Shown in pieces: positions 58,163 through 64,000 of a stretch of DNA of 64,000 nucleotides. A program made the position numbers and the translations under genes. Positions within the stretch are counted from its first letter, which is position 1, and each line of letters opens with the position of its first letter. The stretch comes from Octopus vulgaris (taxonomy: Eukaryota), in contig OX597818.1 in the NCBI GenBank assembly GCA_951406725.2, positions 71,858,001 through 71,922,000 on the forward strand, in the 5' to 3' direction. A model generated the notes under the pieces. That model did not search any database. It was not told where the DNA came from and was given only the letters and a program-made list of their open reading frames with translations.

Positions 58163-58625
58163 ATATGAGCTGCTCAAGACATTGCTACATCCGTTTTAAC
58201 TGCGTGGTAATTTTTTCATCATATGTAATAGTTACGTGATAGTACTTATTTTAACACTATAGCATAACCGCAACATTTCATCAGGTAGTAGCTAGCTTAG
58301 TGAAATCGGATCATACTACAAAGAGAAATTCACTTTTAAAGAAAAATATATTAAAAGCGAGATTTCCTTTAGAGAAGTAATATTATACATAAAATGTGAT
58401 ATAACCAAATGGTTAAGACGTTCGCTTCACATCAATGATGACCTGAGTTCGATCTCGCGGCATGGTATCAGGAGCCAATGTTATTTTCTATATTTTAGAG
58501 TCGACCCAAACTTTGTGAATGGAATTGACTCGATGGAAACTATAATAAAACCCGTCAGTATACTGTCTAATGTATAGTCTTGTCACATACTGTCAGGCTG
58601 ATTCTGCCAGAGAATTCTTCTAACA

Positions 58626-58790
58626 CACGGGTGTCAAACTCAGTCGCACAGGGGACCAAAACTTATAGCACACTTTAGGTGGCAGGCCGAACAGGATAAA
58701 CATTTATTGAACAGACTAAAACTTTTTGAACATGAACATGTATTGAAGCAGATGGTATATAATTTTATTCTAAAAATAAATTAAATTACT
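58626..58790 (+). mobile_element. Possible hAT (Charlie-like) terminal fragment
   Basis: CACGGGTGTCAAACTC resembles the CAGGGGTGTCAAACT-type TIR. No partner end found. Confidence 0.4.
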
Positions 58791-60438
58791 TAAAATATTT
58801 TCTTGTTCTGTACTTTACCAGATGTAATAACTTGTCCTGAACTTTTCCAAGTGAAATAACTTGTCCTGTACTTTTCCAGATTCATAATCTTAAGAATATT
58901 ATTTCTCTTGCTCGCATTTCTCCATGTAATAGATATATATATGTATAGGACCGTCATTGAGTTTCCGTCTACCAAATCCACCCACAAGACATACAGTGGC
59001 ATTAACTCGAAACCATGTGGTTGAGAAGCAAACTTCTTACCACGCAGCCACATATGTATATATGTGTGCACATATATGTACATGTGTATACACACACATA
59101 CACACACACACACACATCTGCATATATAGAAGAGATATGGTTAGATACAAAGAGAGAGTGAGAAAACCAAAGACGGAAAGTGAGAGAGAGAGAGGGGGGA
59201 GAGAGTGAGAGACAGTGAGAAAGTGAGAAAAAGAGGCAGGGATAGTTTCTTTGTTCTCCTTTGCGACGGAAAACGATGACACTTTCCTTGAACATGAAAG
59301 TCTCATTTCTTGGTGTTCTGTGTCAGACTCGAAGTTCCTGGGTCTTGATGACTCGATGAATGCGTTGCTTAGAAGACCTTCTTATATCGTTTATCTCTTC
59401 CAATTTCTTCCTCAAATTCCATTAAAAATCTGTTCAAAATAAATGGAGCTTTGATAAGGAGGAGAACTGAATAAACGGCAATAAAGCTTTAAATCTTAAA
59501 GTATATAATTACGATATATTGTTAGACTTAGCTTCCAACGTTTATACGTTCAGGTATCTTCAAGTTAAAACGGGGAAATATTTCTAAATGTAAGAACTAC
59601 GATATTTTTGCGAATTAAGTATTTTATGTAATTCTGTAAACATCTAATCTTTTCGCTCTTTTGTTAGAATTTACTTTAATAATCTGCAATTATCAATCAT
59701 TCATTCAAATTGATAAAGGTTTGGAAAAATGGATGGAGCAAATATTGGGATCTTTGATCTTAGAACAAAAAGCAAATTTTTAGCACTGCAGTTCTTATAT
59801 TTTAAGGAATATGCCATGAAAATGTATATTCCAGATACTTATACAGTCGATACCAGAATTATAGGCAATATGCTTTTCAAAGGAATGTGAGCTCAGACCT
59901 CTGTTTTAAAGAACTAGATACTGTAAAGCGGTTAGTCTGATGATATACGGTCATATTTCTGTGAGAAAACAGCGATTGAACCAGTCCTTATGAGAGAGGG
60001 GTAAAGAAGAACGGACAAAAAGCGACTGAATGGCGGGAAAGAAAAAAAACCCCAGACCAAAAGCTCTCAAAAATAAAAAAAAAGCAAACATCCACGAGAT
60101 TTAAATAAAAAAAAAAGCAAACATCCACGAGATTTAAAGCTACAGACGGCAGATAGAAATTGGGACATTTGGTGGAGATTAGCGATGGTTCATATATTAT
60201 AACTCAATCGCTGTGTCCCTAGACTAAACATTTAACTGTAGTGCACTTTTGAAGCCTAAACCATACCATTTGTTAACATTTGTATGCAGGCGGGGGTTTA
60301 TTCCACACCTTCTAACTACTGACGAAACTGGAGTTAGCAAGTACATCTTTAATGCAATATAATTGGAGAAGGTGACAGTATCGACTAATTTTCATGCTCT
60401 ATCACTCCTGTTTGTCTCTATAAGTGTATGTTCGTTTG

Positions 60439-60473
<35 letters not shown>

Positions 60474-60510
60474 TGTATGTATGTATGTATGTATGTATGT
60501 ATGTATGTAT

Positions 60511-64000
<3,490 letters not shown>

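Noticed and set aside
59368-59435. Possible minus-strand terminal exon (ttttgaacag|A FLMEFEEEIGRDKRYKKVF*)
   Set aside because: The acceptor-like site and short frame could be chance. No recognisable homology or partner exon.
60070-60138. ~33-bp tandem duplication
   Set aside because: An ordinary local slippage duplication.

Overview
AT-rich, microsatellite-dense eukaryotic DNA with no host protein-coding gene that I can support. The repeat families and the (TA)n/(AAT)n/(GATA)n/(CATA)n load suggest a cephalopod (octopus-like) genome; this is inference. The window is a mosaic of mobile elements: a Penelope-like (PLE) RT/GIY-YIG remnant, R4/Dong-like RLE LINEs in (AAT)n, Tx1-like LINEs (one flanked by (TATC)n on both sides), a CR1-type RT, three RTE-clade LINEs, SINEs, Helitrons (including a tandem array with a PIF1 fragment), a palindromic mariner derivative and TIR elements. 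The best unexplained signal is a set of at least six sequence-divergent type I hammerhead ribozyme folds (CUGAnGA...GAAA...NUH, helices checked by eye) in short non-coding elements next to (TA)n, several with long inverted arms. Also notable are a 556-bp non-coding element always oriented with (AAT)n, and an apparent excess of perfect CRE palindromes in the non-repeat islands. Most listed ORFs are microsatellite artefacts. Element boundaries were read by eye and are approximate unless motif coordinates are given.
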